A DNA stretch of 64,000 nucleotides from the NCBI RefSeq assembly GCF_009914755.1, contig NC_060940.1; one strand, written 5' to 3'. The position numbers and the translations under genes were made by a program. Origin of the DNA: the human T2T-CHM13v2.0 reference genome, Homo sapiens. The notes under the pieces are model-generated. The model was not told the DNA's origin and did not search any database. It saw nothing but the letters and a program-made list of their open reading frames with translations. Of the stretch, positions 16,255-31,907 are shown piece by piece; within the stretch, counting starts at the first letter, position 1; the number at the start of each line of letters is the position of its first letter.

Positions 16255-17468
16255 CAGATAACATATAAAAAAAATTAAATAAAAAATAATGATTAGAATT
16301 TTTTATTAATAATATAATAAAATACTATAATAAAAAATTCAAGAGGAGAGAAAGAGAGAGAGGGGATGAGAGTTATTTTTGTTGGAGAACTTAGTTCTTA
16401 AACCATAGGACTTGATAATTGAAGTAAAGGAAGGATCCTCAAAAGGCTAGAGGAATTCAGGACATTAAATCTCATTTAAGTATTTATTCTCATTAATGGT
16501 GTTACAATTGGGTGTAGGAAGGAAAGCAAATGAGTTCATTGTTGTACATTTTCTACTTGGGCTTTGGTTCCCTTATATTCTGAATTAGCTACTGAAAAGT
16601 CGATGCCTTTATGTAAAAGTAAATCAAGTAGGTTCTCAAAATATTTTAAATATAAATCTATTTGAATTTTCATCAAGAAACTAAGAATCTCCATATCACA
16701 GTCTCCTTCAACCATGCTTTCATTCAATGTATGAATCTTGAGTGTTTTAATTTTAATTTTATTATTTTAATTTTTTCTATGAAGTTTTAAGAAAATTTAT
16801 TTACAGAAAATATTTTAATTGTTCCAAATTAAGTTTTTGAGCTTCAAAATTAGAAAACATTCCATTAACCCTGTCATGAGAAAGATAAGTTTTAATGATA
16901 ATTTCTGATTGTTTTGTGCATTAGCCTACGAGTAGCGCCTATCAGTCTAGTGACCCTCCTGACCAAGACAGTCACTTTTACTATCACCAGAGAGAAAAAC
17001 AAGGGAAAGGCTAGAATCTAAGGTTTATTTTTAGACTATGAATGAGAGCATTACCAGTTAGTACTATGTTTTAAAAACTGATGAAATAATAATTAGTAAT
17101 AGCTTCCATTTTTCTACATTCAGGTATTTTGCAGACATTTACTTCATTTAATTCTTAAAAAGCCTTACAAAATAAGGATTATTGGCTCTCATTATATTAA
17201 TTAAAGAAACCGAGTCTTAGAAGAATTGAGTAAGAATTTCACAGCTAAATTGTGTCAATTAGGGAGAGGCCAATTTGTGAATCTATGGCTCCAAAATTTA
17301 TTCTCTTAACTACTATGCTACAGAATTGCTGTCTAGCCAAAGATATCAACAGACTAACAAACAAATAGATAAGACTCTCACAGGAGCTCCTGGAAGGTAG
17401 GTATTCAGAAAGTACTGAGGAAAGTAATAGGAAAAACTGACTATATCATAGTAATCTAATGGAAAATG

Positions 17469-17790
17469 GGCTGGGCATGGTGCTCATGCCTGTAACACTA
17501 GCACTTTGGGAGGCCAAGACAGGAGGATTGCTTGTGGCCAGGAGTTCGAGATTAGCCTGGGCAATGCAGCAAGACCTCATCTCTTAAAAAATAATAATAA
17601 ATAAAAAATCATTAGCCAAGTATGGTGGCTTATGTCTGTAGTTCCAGCTACTTAGGAGGCTGAGGAGGGAGGATCACTTGAGCCCAGGAGTTTGAGCTTG
17701 AGCTTGCAGTGAGCTATGATTGAGCCACTGCACTGCAGCCTGGGTGACAGAGCATGACCTCCAACTCTAAAAACAAACAAACACAAAGAA
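17469..17790 (+). mobile_element. AluJ
   Basis: J-type 'ggaggattgcttg' and 'ggatcacttgagcccagg'; (AAAC)n tail. Confidence 0.9.
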
Positions 17791-18369
17791 TAGAAAACAG
17801 AAAGTTAGATGTGTATAAAAGTCTCTGAAGATATACTTGGCATTTAGTTCAAGTTGTCATAATTTCAATCCTCATGGCACCTCCTTGAAAGTCGTTGTTA
17901 TCTTGCTTTGCAGATTAGGAAATTAAATTTAGAGAAGTTAAGTGATGTGACACTTACTGGCTGAGTGAATGGTCTTCACAGAGCCTGGGTCTGTATTCTC
18001 TTCTTTAAGATGGAGAAGAAATAACTCCTTATAGAATTATTATGTCTAATGTGAGCATTAGAGGTAATTCAGATGAAATGTTTTTAGAGTAACTAGTGAA
18101 TAGAAGTCATCTACTAATAATCACAATTTTTATTTATTATTATCATGAGTATCACCTGAAACTATTGCATTTTTCTCTATGTCATGCCATGGCCTTTTAC
18201 AATGTGGCCCTTGTTTCTTGCCAACAGTGAGTCATCGCCCATGGCCAAATAGAACCTCTTTTTAGAGAACAGGAAACACAGCTGATATATTTGAACAATA
18301 TTAGAGGACAATCTTTAGATAGATGAGAAAAATGTTAAATAGTTTAGGAAATTAAGGGACATCTGACAT

Positions 18370-18760
18370 GTCTGTCTCAGATCCTGACCTGCAGGAAGCC
18401 TACTTGATAATGGCCCCAGTTGCTGTGTTCTAGGATCCATCAAAGTGGCGCTTCCCACAGCCTGCTCCAAGCCTGTGTCTGAGCTGGGCAAACTTGCCAC
18501 TGAGAGGCACAGGACTCCTCTGATCAGCAGCCTTGGCTCCAGGACTCAGCATTGCATCTGACAGAACTTTCCTAGAACCACAGTGCAGCCTCAGACTTTT
18601 CCTAGACATTCTTCCTTTCCCTCTTGATTCCACAAGGGTTAAATTGGCATTGAGGTCTGATGATGTACCTAATCTCCGCATCTTCATTTTCCTCTCACAG
18701 GGCTTTTCCCTAATTAATCTCCTGCATATCTAACCCTCTTCTGGCATCCGCTTCTAACAA
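18370..18760 (+). mobile_element. ERVL LTR (LTR33-like)
   Basis: 'cagtgcagcctcagacttttcctag' and terminal 'aatctcctgcatatctaaccctcttctggcatccgcttct'. Confidence 0.55.
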
Positions 18761-18827
18761 AGAAAAACGAACTATTTAGAGATTCTCAAAGGTCTTGATC
18801 TCCATCTCTCGTTATCAACATTTTTGA

Positions 18828-19158
<331 letters not shown>

Positions 19159-22100
19159 TGGATTGTCTGTTTTTTAACCAAACTGGAAAAAGACGAGGTT
19201 GTAGTAGATGACTCTTTCAATTGCTTTTTATTTTATAATTCTAGACCTACCAAATGCTCTCTGTAGTTTGGATGAACACATTGTTTCTTATATTTCAGTA
19301 CTAGATCAGAGTGTCGTTAAATGGTTGTTCCATGCGTAAATTATTCCTTGATCTAATAAAGATTGTTTCATCAAAAAGTAAACACTGCTTCGATTTTTGG
19401 CTCATAGGTACCAACGTTTGTAACATAAGAACAACAGCAACAAAACTCAAGTCTTTGAAGTTTGACTATTATTAACACTTCTGTTCCAAAACTACTTATA
19501 TAATTATATATTAAAGCATGCAATTCTTTCCTAATTATTTTTTTCTTCCCATTAAAAGTACTTTAAAGAAGGAAAATTATATGTCCATCAAAAGCTGACT
19601 TCAAATTCAACTATTCTATTAGTTTTGAACTAGTGGCAATAGTAACAAAATTTTAAATCCCATCACGATAGAAAATACAATCTTGCTTCTAGGTAGATTG
19701 CTTCTTCCGAAGTCAATATTTGATTCTTTGAAGGCACAATAGCTGTATTATTCACCTAAATGACAAATAGATGAAATATAGGGGTTTTAGAACAGAAGAG
19801 AAAGGTTATGGTATTTGCGCTACAACTACAAGAAGCAATAGTTATTGTTTGTCCTTAATTAAGCGGCACACACTGATAATCCATCTTTATCAGTAGAATG
19901 GAACATGAACCTGAGAAACCACAAGATTTAATCTAAAATGGAGTGTTGAGATTTTCCAAAATCTCTTACACATTATCTCAGTGTAGGACTACTTTTGATA
20001 ATCTTGTTCTAAGGCTATGATCAATGAGAACTTAAAGAAGGATTTAGTGGTGATGATAGGATTTTCTTCCCTTGAAAGATGCCACACTGGGGAAAAATGC
20101 ATTAATGGATAAGAATTTTTGAAACTTGTTACTTGATAAAATTTTACAATAGACGTTTAAGAACTTTGTTTTCAAAGGGCTTTCAAGCACAATTTTCACA
20201 GTAATTGTCTTAATATAATGGCATATCCAACCTTAATATGCAAGAACTGAAGAGATAGTCATTCCAGGTTTTGAGGTGTCCTCAACTGAAATGCAATGAA
20301 ATTTTGCTTAGAAAAAGTTTGTCAATAACAGGTTTCCTTAAATCCATCCTAGCTGTGAGATGCACGTTCAAATTTTATTAAAGTCACTTAAATTTTAAGC
20401 ATTTTCCTCACATTTGCAGAATTGTACAAATTTGGGTTCCATTCAAATGAAATCAGGAAGAAAGCAGATGCATCATTAGTGTCCATGGAAGTCAGGTCCA
20501 GAAATAAAACCGTGCCTGCCATCCAGTTGGTGTTACCTGCCTGAGCTCTATTTGTGATCAGGTTAGCTATCACTTTAGTTAGAAAAAATCAGTTGCAAAA
20601 ATATTAGCCATCCTTAGAGATGAAAGACAAGTTATTTCAAGGAATTTGTACTGTTCCTCAACCCCAAAGTGAGGGCTGAAATATTTAGTACTCTGCACCA
20701 ACTCGGTCTGATTTGGCAGGCTGCACTTAGATTTTAGCAATTACCGCCAACATTTTAAAATTTGATAAAACCAAATGTGGTTGGCCAAGATTCTGTCATT
20801 TTCATTTTTAAACCCATTTGTAAGGTACACTAAATCTTCCCCTTCACAGTGGGGAGAGCTGGACTCACTAAATTGCATTTAGGGAGAAGATTTTAATTTT
20901 AAACAGAACGTTCTTCTCTGCCTAAGTATTTCTTCTATACACCACGGTAACTATATTTCTCTTGTCTCTCTGTATCTTGCTCTCAAAAAAAAAATGTGAT
21001 GTATGTGTGTGTGTGCACATCCTTTCAGAAATCCAGAGGTTTAATTGTGTTCATATATTTCGACTCATTATTAAACAGATTCTTCGTTTGGAAAATCTCT
21101 TTCCTTCCTGATATCAGTTGCATTCTAATTCTATGATCTCATCAACATATTTTATCAACAAAGTAACATAGATTAGAAAGGGAAGACTCCCATGTTCTTA
21201 CGTATTTGCATTTCCAGTTGGATATTTTTAAGACTTAGTGGTCATTTATTCATTGAAAAAAAATTATTTTCTTTTTGAAGAGAGTCTGGCAATAGTCCTA
21301 ATATCCTTAACTTTGGTTACTATCATGGTTTCAAATTATCATGTCCTCCCCAAACCTTTACAGCCTCCGATCCCCTGTAACTTCAAATGTTTCTTCACTC
21401 TTTATCTTATGTGTGTCACATCTTCTTATTTGCTTGCTTGTCTTCTGATCGTCTTCCACTACAGTCACATTTTCTGGACAAAGTCTTCTTTCATGCCCCC
21501 ATGCTTTCTTCCAGTCAATTATTTTTGCTGAAAACCTGGACTTTCTCCGCCCTCCAATCCAGCTAACATTTTTCTGATTTTATGGCTAGAAAAACGCTTA
21601 AGCCATTCATTACTCTAAAATATAAGCATACTTCTCTCTTTTTTGTATCTTTTTAAAAAAACATTTAAGTTCAGGGGTACATGTGCAGCTTTGTTACGTA
21701 GGTAAACTCATGTTACAGGGGTTTGTCATACAGATTATTTCATCACCCAGGTATGAAGCCTAGTACCTATTAGTTATTTTTCCTGATCCTCTCTTTCCTT
21801 CCACCCTCCAGTCTCAGGTAGACACCAGTGTCTTTTGTTCCCCTCTATGTGTCCATGTGTTCTCATCATTTACCTGCCACTTGTAAGTGAGAACATGAGG
21901 GATTTACTTTTCTTTTCCTGCATTAATTTGCTAAGGATAATGGCCTCCAGCTCTGTCTATGTTTCTGCAAAAGATATGATTGTATTCATTTTTATGTCTG
22001 CATAGTATTCCATGGTGTCTATGTACCACGTTTTCTTTATACAGTCTACCATTGATGGATATTTAGGTTGATTTCATGTCTTTGCTATTATGAATAATGT

Positions 22101-22820
22101 TGCAATGAACATATGTGTCTGTGTGTCTTTATGATAGAGTGATTTATATTCCTTTGGATATATACCCAGTAATGGGATTGCTGGGTCGAATGGTAGTTCT
22201 GTTTTTAGGTCTTTGAGGAAACGCCACACTGCTTTCCACAATGGTTGAACTATTTACACTCCCACCAACAGCGTATAAGCATTCCTTTTTCTCCACAAAC
22301 TTGCTAGCACCTGTTATTTTTTTGACTGTTTAATAATAGCCATTCTGACTGGTGTTAGATGGTATTGCATTGTGGTTTTGATTTGCATTTCTCTAATGAT
22401 CAGTGACATTGAGTTTTTTCATATGCTTTTTGGCTACAAGTATGTCTTCTTTTGAAAAGTGTCTGTTCATGTCCTTTGCCCACTTTTTAATGGGGTTGTT
22501 TGTTTTTTCCTCAGAAATTTGTTAAAATTCATTATAGATGCTAGATAGTAGACAGTTGTCAGATGTATAGTTTGCAAAAATATTCTCCTATTGTGTATGT
22601 TGTCTGTCTACTTTGGTTATAGTTTCTTCTGCTGTGCAGAGACTCTTTAATTAGATCCCATTTGTCAATTTTTGCTTTTGTCTTAATTGCTTTTGGCATC
22701 TTAGTCATGAAGTCTTTGCCCATGCCTATGTCCAGAATGGTATTGCCTAGGTTGTCTTCCAGGGTTTTTATATTTTTGTGTTTTACAGTTAAGTCTTTAA
22801 TTCATCCTGAGTTGATTTTT

Positions 22821-23442
<622 letters not shown>

Positions 23443-25850
23443 CCTTGAGTTGATTTTTGTATACGCTTAAAGAAGGGGTCCAGTTTTAATCTTCTGCATA
23501 TGGCTGGCCAGTTATCCTATAACTATTTATTGACTAGGGAGTCCTTTCTTCATTGGTTATTTTTGTCAAGTTTCTAAAAGATTAGATTGTTGTAGGCGTG
23601 TGGGCTTATTTCTGGGCTCTCTATTCTGTTCCATTTGTCTATGTGTCTGTTTTTCTGTCAGTACAAAGCTGTTTTAGTTACTGTAGCCCCATAGTATAGT
23701 TTGAAGTTGGGTAGCATGATGCCTTCAGCTATGTTCTTTTTGCTTAGGATTGCCTTGGTTATTTGGGCTATTTTTTGGTTTTGGTTTTGGTTTTATATGA
23801 ATTTTAAAATAGCTTTTCTTTTTCGTTGTTTGTTTGTTTATTTTATTTTTGTAAAGAATATCATTGGTCATTTGATAAGAATAGCACTGAATCTGCAAAT
23901 TGCTTTGGGCAGTATGGACATTTTAATGAATTGATTCTTCCTATCTGTAAACATGGGATATTTTTTCATTTGTTTGTGTCATCTCTGATTTCTTTGAGGA
24001 GTGTTTTGTAATTCTCATTGTAGAGATTATTCTCCTCCCTAGTTAGCTGTATTCCTAAGTGTATATGTATATATACACAGATGATATGTAGACCATTGAG
24101 AATAATTGTATTCTACAAGATGTTATAAAAAAAAATAGGCGGTAAGCTGGATTTGCTTGACAAGTTGTAGTTGCTGAGTCCTACTCTAGATGATCACATG
24201 CCAAAGTGTTTTGTCCAGAACATTATATATATGAACTGCTCCATGTAAAAAAGGATCCCTTGATCAATAAGTTTAGAGAATAAAATATACACATATCAGG
24301 GATTTCAATTATGCAAAAAACTATGACATTGAGAGGACTTTACCTTTACTTACTTATTTCATTTTTAATCATATTGGACTATGCAATCTTTATTTTAAAT
24401 TTTATAACTCTTAATATGTTAAAGGCATTGAACCATGTTTTCCAGTGGAAGTCTTGAATCTGTCCCTGCTTCTCTATCTCACTGCCACTGATCTGGTTCA
24501 GTTCCTTGGTTTTCCTTTCCTTTATATTTCATTTTGTTTTGTTGTTCTGTTTTATTTATCTCAAAAAATAATGCATGCATATGAGAAAAAAATTGAAAAG
24601 TAACAAAAGTTATCTTATAAAAAGTAGATCCCTTCCGCCTTAGAGCCCTAAATCCTACTGCAGAGTCAAATGGTATTGGTTTTGTGTGTATCTACTATTT
24701 TCTTACACATATAAAAGCAAAATATGAATGTGTGTGTGCATGTATGCATTCTTTTGATCTCTTTCTTTCACGTGAGTTTGGGGATTCTATAAAAATATAT
24801 AAATTGGAAACTTTCAGTGTTCTATTGGCTGAAGACAGAACCAGAACTCTTATATGGAGAAAAATGTATAACATTCCAATTAGAATTTGATCATTTCCTA
24901 TCTCCAGACCCATTTCCTACTACTCTCCCTTTAATAGCACTTAGATTTTATGGACCTCAGTTTTCCTATCTGTAAAATGGAAGGAGGAGAGGAAATAATA
25001 ACAGTATTATCATACATATTTTATGGGTATTAATGAGGTCTTGTCTATAAAATATTAAGCACATAATAAGTATTCAATAGATGGTGGCTACAGGATAGTG
25101 ATGATAGGAGTGGTGTTACACGTAATGTTTGGGAGCCATTGTACAGTTGGGGTATTGCCAACAAGGGTCTGATATTTCATGGCATTCTGGAGTTTAAAAA
25201 CCATTTGAAGTGTGTAATCCCATTTAATCCTTATTCATCAATTATTTATATATCTATTCTTCCAATCATGAGACAGAAACATAGTAAGAATTCAAATGTT
25301 AGACAATATTAACAAGAATTTCAAGGAACTTATATTCTAGGATGGGAAATAGATGGTAAATAAACCAATGTATCAATTTAATAATTGTCTATTATGGTGA
25401 GGACTCTGCAGGCAATAAAGAAGATTGCATAGTACGAGTTAAAGGGTGCTTTGCTACTATAGATAGCTAGGCTGGAGCTGTACTTTATGTGGGCACCAAT
25501 CTCATAAAATATAAAATGTCATTGGTGGCTCTGGGGTTGGGCGACCAAAGTGGACATGTTGAATCTTAAGAGTTCCAGGTATATTCTTGGAACATATTTT
25601 AAACTATACTCAGAAAATAAAAGTAATTCAAATTCTTACAGAATTTATTTATTTCCTTTAGGACTTGAGGAACTTAGTAAAACAAGACAGTCTCTTGCCA
25701 TAGACTGTTGGTGGAAGGATGAAAGTTTGTAATAGAACAAATCAACAAGAAAAGAAACTCCAACTAACTTTTTGATTAAGTGCAACAGTGCAAAAGCACA
25801 AATGGCAAAAACAACTTATCCAAAGCTGCTGCTGCTTCTCTTCAATGCTT

Positions 25851-26163
25851 TCTTTTTTTTTTTTCCCCAAGGTCTGGCTCTGTTGCTCAGTCTGGAGTGC
25901 AGTGGTGCAGTGGCACAATCTTGGCTAACTGCAACCTCTGTGCCTCCCAGACTCAAGTGATCCTCCTACCTCAGCCTCCCAAGTAGCTGGAACTACAGGT
26001 GCATGCCACCATACCCAGCTAATTTTTATACTTTTTTGGTAGACACTAGATACAGGATTTTGCCATGTTGCCCAGGCTGGTCTCGAACTCCTGGGTTTAA
26101 GTGATCCTCCAGTCTCAGCCTCCCAAAGTGCTGGAATTGCAGCTGTGACCCACCGTGTCCAGC
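25851..26163 (-). mobile_element. AluJ
   Basis: J-type 'ctcaagtgatcctcctacctcagcc' and 'gttgcccaggctggtctcgaactcctggg'. Confidence 0.9.
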
Positions 26164-26786
26164 TTCTTCAATACTTCTTAACAGACATTTGGGTGACAGA
26201 ATGAGAGAAAGTGCAATATCCTTTTCAGGAAAGGTTGGCTCATTCCACTTTTGCTGGGATGTAATATATATTTTGGGAAGAAATATGTAGTCAAATTAGA
26301 ACATATTAAGTAGAAGTTTAGAATTGTGTAATAAATTTTGGCCATTTTTTCTGTAGACAAAAGGAAGTCATTGAATCATTTTCTAATTACCCAGAGCATT
26401 TACTAAAAAAAGAAATACTGTGTAGCTCTTACAAGCATTACCTATATTATAGGCACTTTCTATCCATTTCTCTATGAACCCACATAGCAACCTCGAAAAG
26501 TAAACATTAATATCTCTACTTTACAAGTGAAGAAACACCACTAAGTCTTTGAGATAAACAGGAAACAATGTTCTGCAACCTGTATTTCAGTCCTGATGTG
26601 CAGATGTATATATTGTCTACCACCTCAGTTCCTTAAATACATAGATTCTCACCATATACCGATTGCCGTCAATATGGTTTCCCATCAAAGCAGCACCATG
26701 AATGGTGTTTATGTTCTTTGCCAATGTTGCTCTATTTTATTTATAGCTGAATAGTATAGAATCTTTTAAATATAAGTTAGCTTCAT

Positions 26787-26860
26787 TATATATCTGTATC
26801 TATATATGTGTGTATATATATGTGTGTATATATATGTGTGTGTATATATATGTGTGTGTG

Positions 26861-26902
<42 letters not shown>
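26787..26902. repeat. Compound (TA/TG)n-(CA)n microsatellite
   Basis: Direct inspection. Confidence 0.95.
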
Positions 26903-26904
<2 letters not shown>

Positions 26905-27223
26905 TATCTCAAAATTCTGAGGTTCTTCTGACCCATCTGAAGGCTGGACTCCAATTAGGTACAGAGTAATCAGAGCGAGGGGCTGCAGGAGTGTCCATGT
27001 TGGGAGAGAGCTTTGCAGACATGGATAGGAAAGATACGGTGGAGAGGTGTGTGCATCAGCAGCCCTGGTGGAGGACATTAGTAAGGATTACAGGAACAGG
27101 TTGTGACCATGCAGAGTCTTCAGTGACAAAAACATTTTCAGCCATGGGTAGGATTATCTGTGAGCAGGGCCAGCAGGTGCTCATATAATCTTTAGCAGAA
27201 TAAAAGGTATTTAAAAGTCAGAA

Positions 27224-27276
27224 ACGTGTGTGTGTGTGTGTGCATGCGTGCGCACACACATGCGTGTGTGTGTGTG
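27224..27276. repeat. Alternating purine-pyrimidine tract (TG/CG/CA)
   Basis: 'acgtgtgtgtgtgtgtgtgcatgcgtgcgcacacacatgcgtgtgtgtgtgtg'. Confidence 0.9.
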
Positions 27277-29210
27277 AAATATTCTTAATTTGAGTGGAAA
27301 ATCACCATTACCTTTTTCCTGTGTGCTTTTGATTTTTTTAGTCTTAAATGTTGTGCCACTGTCTGCTGCTGGGAAACTCCTATTAACTTTCCAAACTCAG
27401 CTCCATCATAAACTCTTCCAGGAAGTCTTCCTTGATGCCACTCACAATCCTTTCCTGTTCACTTTGCACATTCCTCTATTTGTGTGCTTTCCACACCACA
27501 CTAAATGTTGTTTATCTGACTGTCTCTCTTAAATCTAAAGCTGCTGAGGACAGGGCCAGTGCCTTATTCATCCTCTGTTCCACGTATCAGTATCTGTAGA
27601 TATACCGATACCGGTATATCAAGACAGCAAAAATACTCTGTCTTGAATTGAATTAAACAAATGGTAAATTAATAGATGCAATTTCACCATAGGAAGGCGC
27701 AAGTGGGGTTAATTAGTAAAAGATTCTAAGAAACAGTGGATGAAACATCAAGTGCAGTTTTCCCTCTCAAATCCAGTTCTTTGCCCTCCCTCCCATTTCC
27801 TGATTTGTGATGAAAGATGTAAAGCTGTTGGGCTTTTATGAATCTTGCCACTAGCCTCCAAAACCTTTCAAATATGATTCAATTTCATGCAGACAGAGAC
27901 TCAGAGCAACTTGGCAGTTAACAGCTAATGGCTTTTAAGGGTTTAAGTCAGCCCTAAACATTACTCCAATGAGTTTTTGTGGTTTAATTACCTTAAAACA
28001 TTAAGTAGTCAAGCAGTCCATCAATACACATGCATTTAGAGATATCAAATGTGCGCTCTTCACAAATATAGCCTTGAAGGTGTCTAATACAGCATCTTAT
28101 TTTGCCAAAGAAACATGTAAAAATAGTTTAAGTCTACCTATTTGAGGCTAATGATGTGTGCCATCATTAAGCTGGAAAAAATGCTTAACTCAAAAATTAT
28201 TCTTTAAACAGTAAGGAAGAGCTTTACAACGCAAGGGACAGAGCGATTTCTGCCTTACCCTATTCTCCCCCATACCATGTTAATTTTAAGCAGTGCACCT
28301 AGAGGCTAAGATGCCCGACTCTGGATTTCAACAGCTCTGAGTTCATATCCCACGTCTGCAATTTGTAGGAAAGTAAAGTAATAAGATAATACGTTTGTGG
28401 AGAATAATCATAATAATTATTCAGCTGGGATTTTGTGAATATTTTATGAAATTATGCATGTAAAGGTGTTAATAATAATAGATAATATGTGCTAGGCAGT
28501 CTTTGATTTTAAAAGCCTATTCTTGAGGACACGGAGGAAAGGAAAAAAATGAGTTTGAAGGGTCAGTATCCAATTTTAAGGCTGTAAAAATGAGCTTAAT
28601 ATCTCCATTGTGATTTTCCTTATTCAGACTGTAATTAAAGAAGCTAACAATTGTCACTTATTTTATGCACCGTTTGAGATGTTTTCTTCTCCAAAACTCA
28701 TTTCCATCCTTGGACTCACAATAATAACTTCATTACTCTTTTCAAGTCAAATCACGTCCCAATCTCAACCATTCAAATTGGCCTAAGATCCCACACTAAC
28801 AAAATGTTAATATATATGAGTAATGCATTTTGGGTTCAGAGATAGGAAGAGAAACCTTCAGGGAGGCAGAAATGAGTCATTGACCTGCTATAGAATGTGT
28901 CATTTGGAGAGAACCGCACTGTAGAAAGAGATGATTCAAATGCCTGATTTCAAGGGGCAATGCAATCTAGTTTACTAATCTCTCATTATACTAAGGTGAG
29001 GCTTTTATGAACACTGCTCATTAGCATCTCAATAGCATTAAAAATCCAGATAATGGGTGACAATTTTATTCTTATTACTAAGCAATTCCAAAAATTTTCA
29101 TTCATTAATCCATCATTCAAAAATTAAGAATGGTGAAAGGTAAAAGCAGATCATTTGAACCATATACGTTTGAACCATATAGACATGGGCATTATATGTT
29201 ACTTATTGTT

Positions 29211-29517
<307 letters not shown>

Positions 29518-30087
29518 CTGTTTATTTATTTTTAATTTACAGATTTCTGAGTAATGTAAGTGAACACCTCCATGGCCTCTGAAGTCATTTTTCTCCCTGA
29601 GCCACCTCTTCACCTAGGCTGCCATTGCTCTCCTTTCTTCTTTCCTCACATCCTGTTTTGCCCCCTCTCCATGCAAGCTGATGTCTCCCCTGTAGTAGAA
29701 CTCAGTGTTGAGGCTGGAACTGAAATCATATGGTCAAGTTTCATCTAATGCATATAAAAATGTTTTCGCCCATTATCTGGTTAGAGGAAAAGGTAAATTT
29801 TTGTTTTTGTTGCTTTTTGCCTTAGAGGGATAACATGAAAGTTGGATTGGCTGGTAAAAAGCCTTAACTTAACATCTGTTAGTTGAAGCTGGGCAAGCCA
29901 GTTCCCCCAAAATTGGCACATAATCCTCTTGAGTGAGCAAAGCTGCCATGTGAGCTCAGAGGTTTCAATTAGAGTATAAAGGGATCTGAATTTATATTCT
30001 GCAGTGGGAAAGGGTGACTTAACAAAGGAAAGAAAGAATATGTAATCGGCTTTTCTTCTTTTATTTTGATGGAGTAAATCTATCATT

Positions 30088-30725
30088 GTTTACAATGAGA
30101 CATATGAAATTTACTCTCTTGGTTATTTTGACATATATAATACAATGTTATTGACTATAGTCACCCTGCTGTGTAATAGATCTCAAAACCTATTTCTCCT
30201 ATCTATCTTAAATGTTGTACCCTGGCTGGGCATGATGGCTTACACCTGTAATCCCAGCACTTTGGGAGGTCACCATAGTTGGAGGCATCACACTCCTTGA
30301 TTTCAAAACATAGAGCACTTATAATCAAACAGCATGGTACTGGCATTAAAACAGACATATCAACCAAGGGTATAGGTTAATAAAAAACCCAGAAATAAAT
30401 CCATGCATTAATGATCAACTAATTTTTGACAGAGGCGGCATGAACCCACAATGGGGAAGACATTCTCTACATTAAATGGTATTAGAAAAACTGAATATTT
30501 ACATGCAGAAGAATGAAATTAGACACTCATACTATATAAAAATGCAAAGTGAATAAAGATTTAAATATAATAAATGAAATTGGAAAATTGCCAGAAAAAT
30601 ACATATGGGGAAAGCTTCATGTCACAAGCTCCAGCACAGTATGTGGAGACAACGTACAGATTGGGAGGAAATATTTCGAAATTATCCATCTGATAAGGGA
30701 TTAATATCCAAAAAAAACAAGGCTT
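30088..30725. mobile_element. Old L1 (L1MA-like) fragments in opposite orientations joined by a short Alu 5' fragment
   Basis: Antisense 3'UTR 30088-30222; Alu head 30224-30271; sense ORF2 fragment ~30278-30725 ('cagcatggtactggcattaaaacagacatat'). Confidence 0.7.
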
Positions 30726-31907
30726 TTCTTCTTTATTTCAAGCATAGTTAGGTTGACTAAGGTGTTCTTTCCAACAACCAGTGTACTGATACAAGAAAAA
30801 GAATAAACAGAAATAAGTTCAGCTCTCAATATCTGAACATACATATAGATGATCCTGTAAGTGGGGTGAGAGGTGAAGCTACATGTGAGAAATACAAGCT
30901 TGGTATGAGAACCAGTGAAGTCAATCACATAAAAAACATGTGTAAGTTATATTGCACAATATAAATCTAAGATGCCGTTAGATTAACAGAATAATGATTA
31001 ACTGTGACTTGCCAATTTATTAGCTTTTAATTGCCCTAAGCATAATGAACATAGGAAGTACTTGGATAATTATAAACCTGTCTATATTGTGGTATAGTTG
31101 GATGAGCATAGGGTTGCAGTCAGGCAAGCCTGAGTTAACACTGCAGTCTTGTTCTCATAGCTCTGTGACATTGGACAATGTACTTTACCTCTGTGCAATG
31201 TGAATAATAATTTCCATTTCCAGAGTTGTTTTAATGGTGAGAGATAATGTATCTAAAGCAGCTAGCTTAGTGCCTGACACATAGATACTCAATACTCAGT
31301 AGCAGCAGTGGCAGCAGCAACTGCTGTTATTATAGTCCTTACTCCAAGAAATTTCCCTCATTAAAAAAGAGAATGAACTCCTTTGGAAATAAAACAGAGT
31401 CAGTGTACCTTCTAAAGGGGCCTGAGGCAGGAGTGACAATGATGTGAGCACAGCAGAAAGACTGAGGTCTAGATTCTGCTGGTTCAGTGAGGCCTGGCAG
31501 ATGCTATGGATGAGGCATGGGGACAGATACTTCTTCAGGATCATTTTGGCTCTCTGCATTATAGGACACCCAGGAAAGACTTTCACTCAGGGGCCTTTTT
31601 TTTTTTTTTAATGCATGCACAGTACTGAACTCAATAGCTGATATTCTCTGCCCGCATCACTGGCTACTACCAGAAGAGAAATAGGAATCAAGTTTTCCTC
31701 TTGGCTTTATCACAGAAGGAAGCCACTGAGTATTTACTTATGTCCCTGGCTTAGATTCATCATTGGCCTGGCTCTAAGTTTTTAGATAAGCTACTAAACT
31801 GCTCTAAGTGTCAGTTTAGTAATGAGGGAACTGCCTCATTATTAAAATGGTCCTAGTGATGGAATCTTATATACAAGGTCACTCGGTACCATTCAACTCC
31901 ATCCTCG

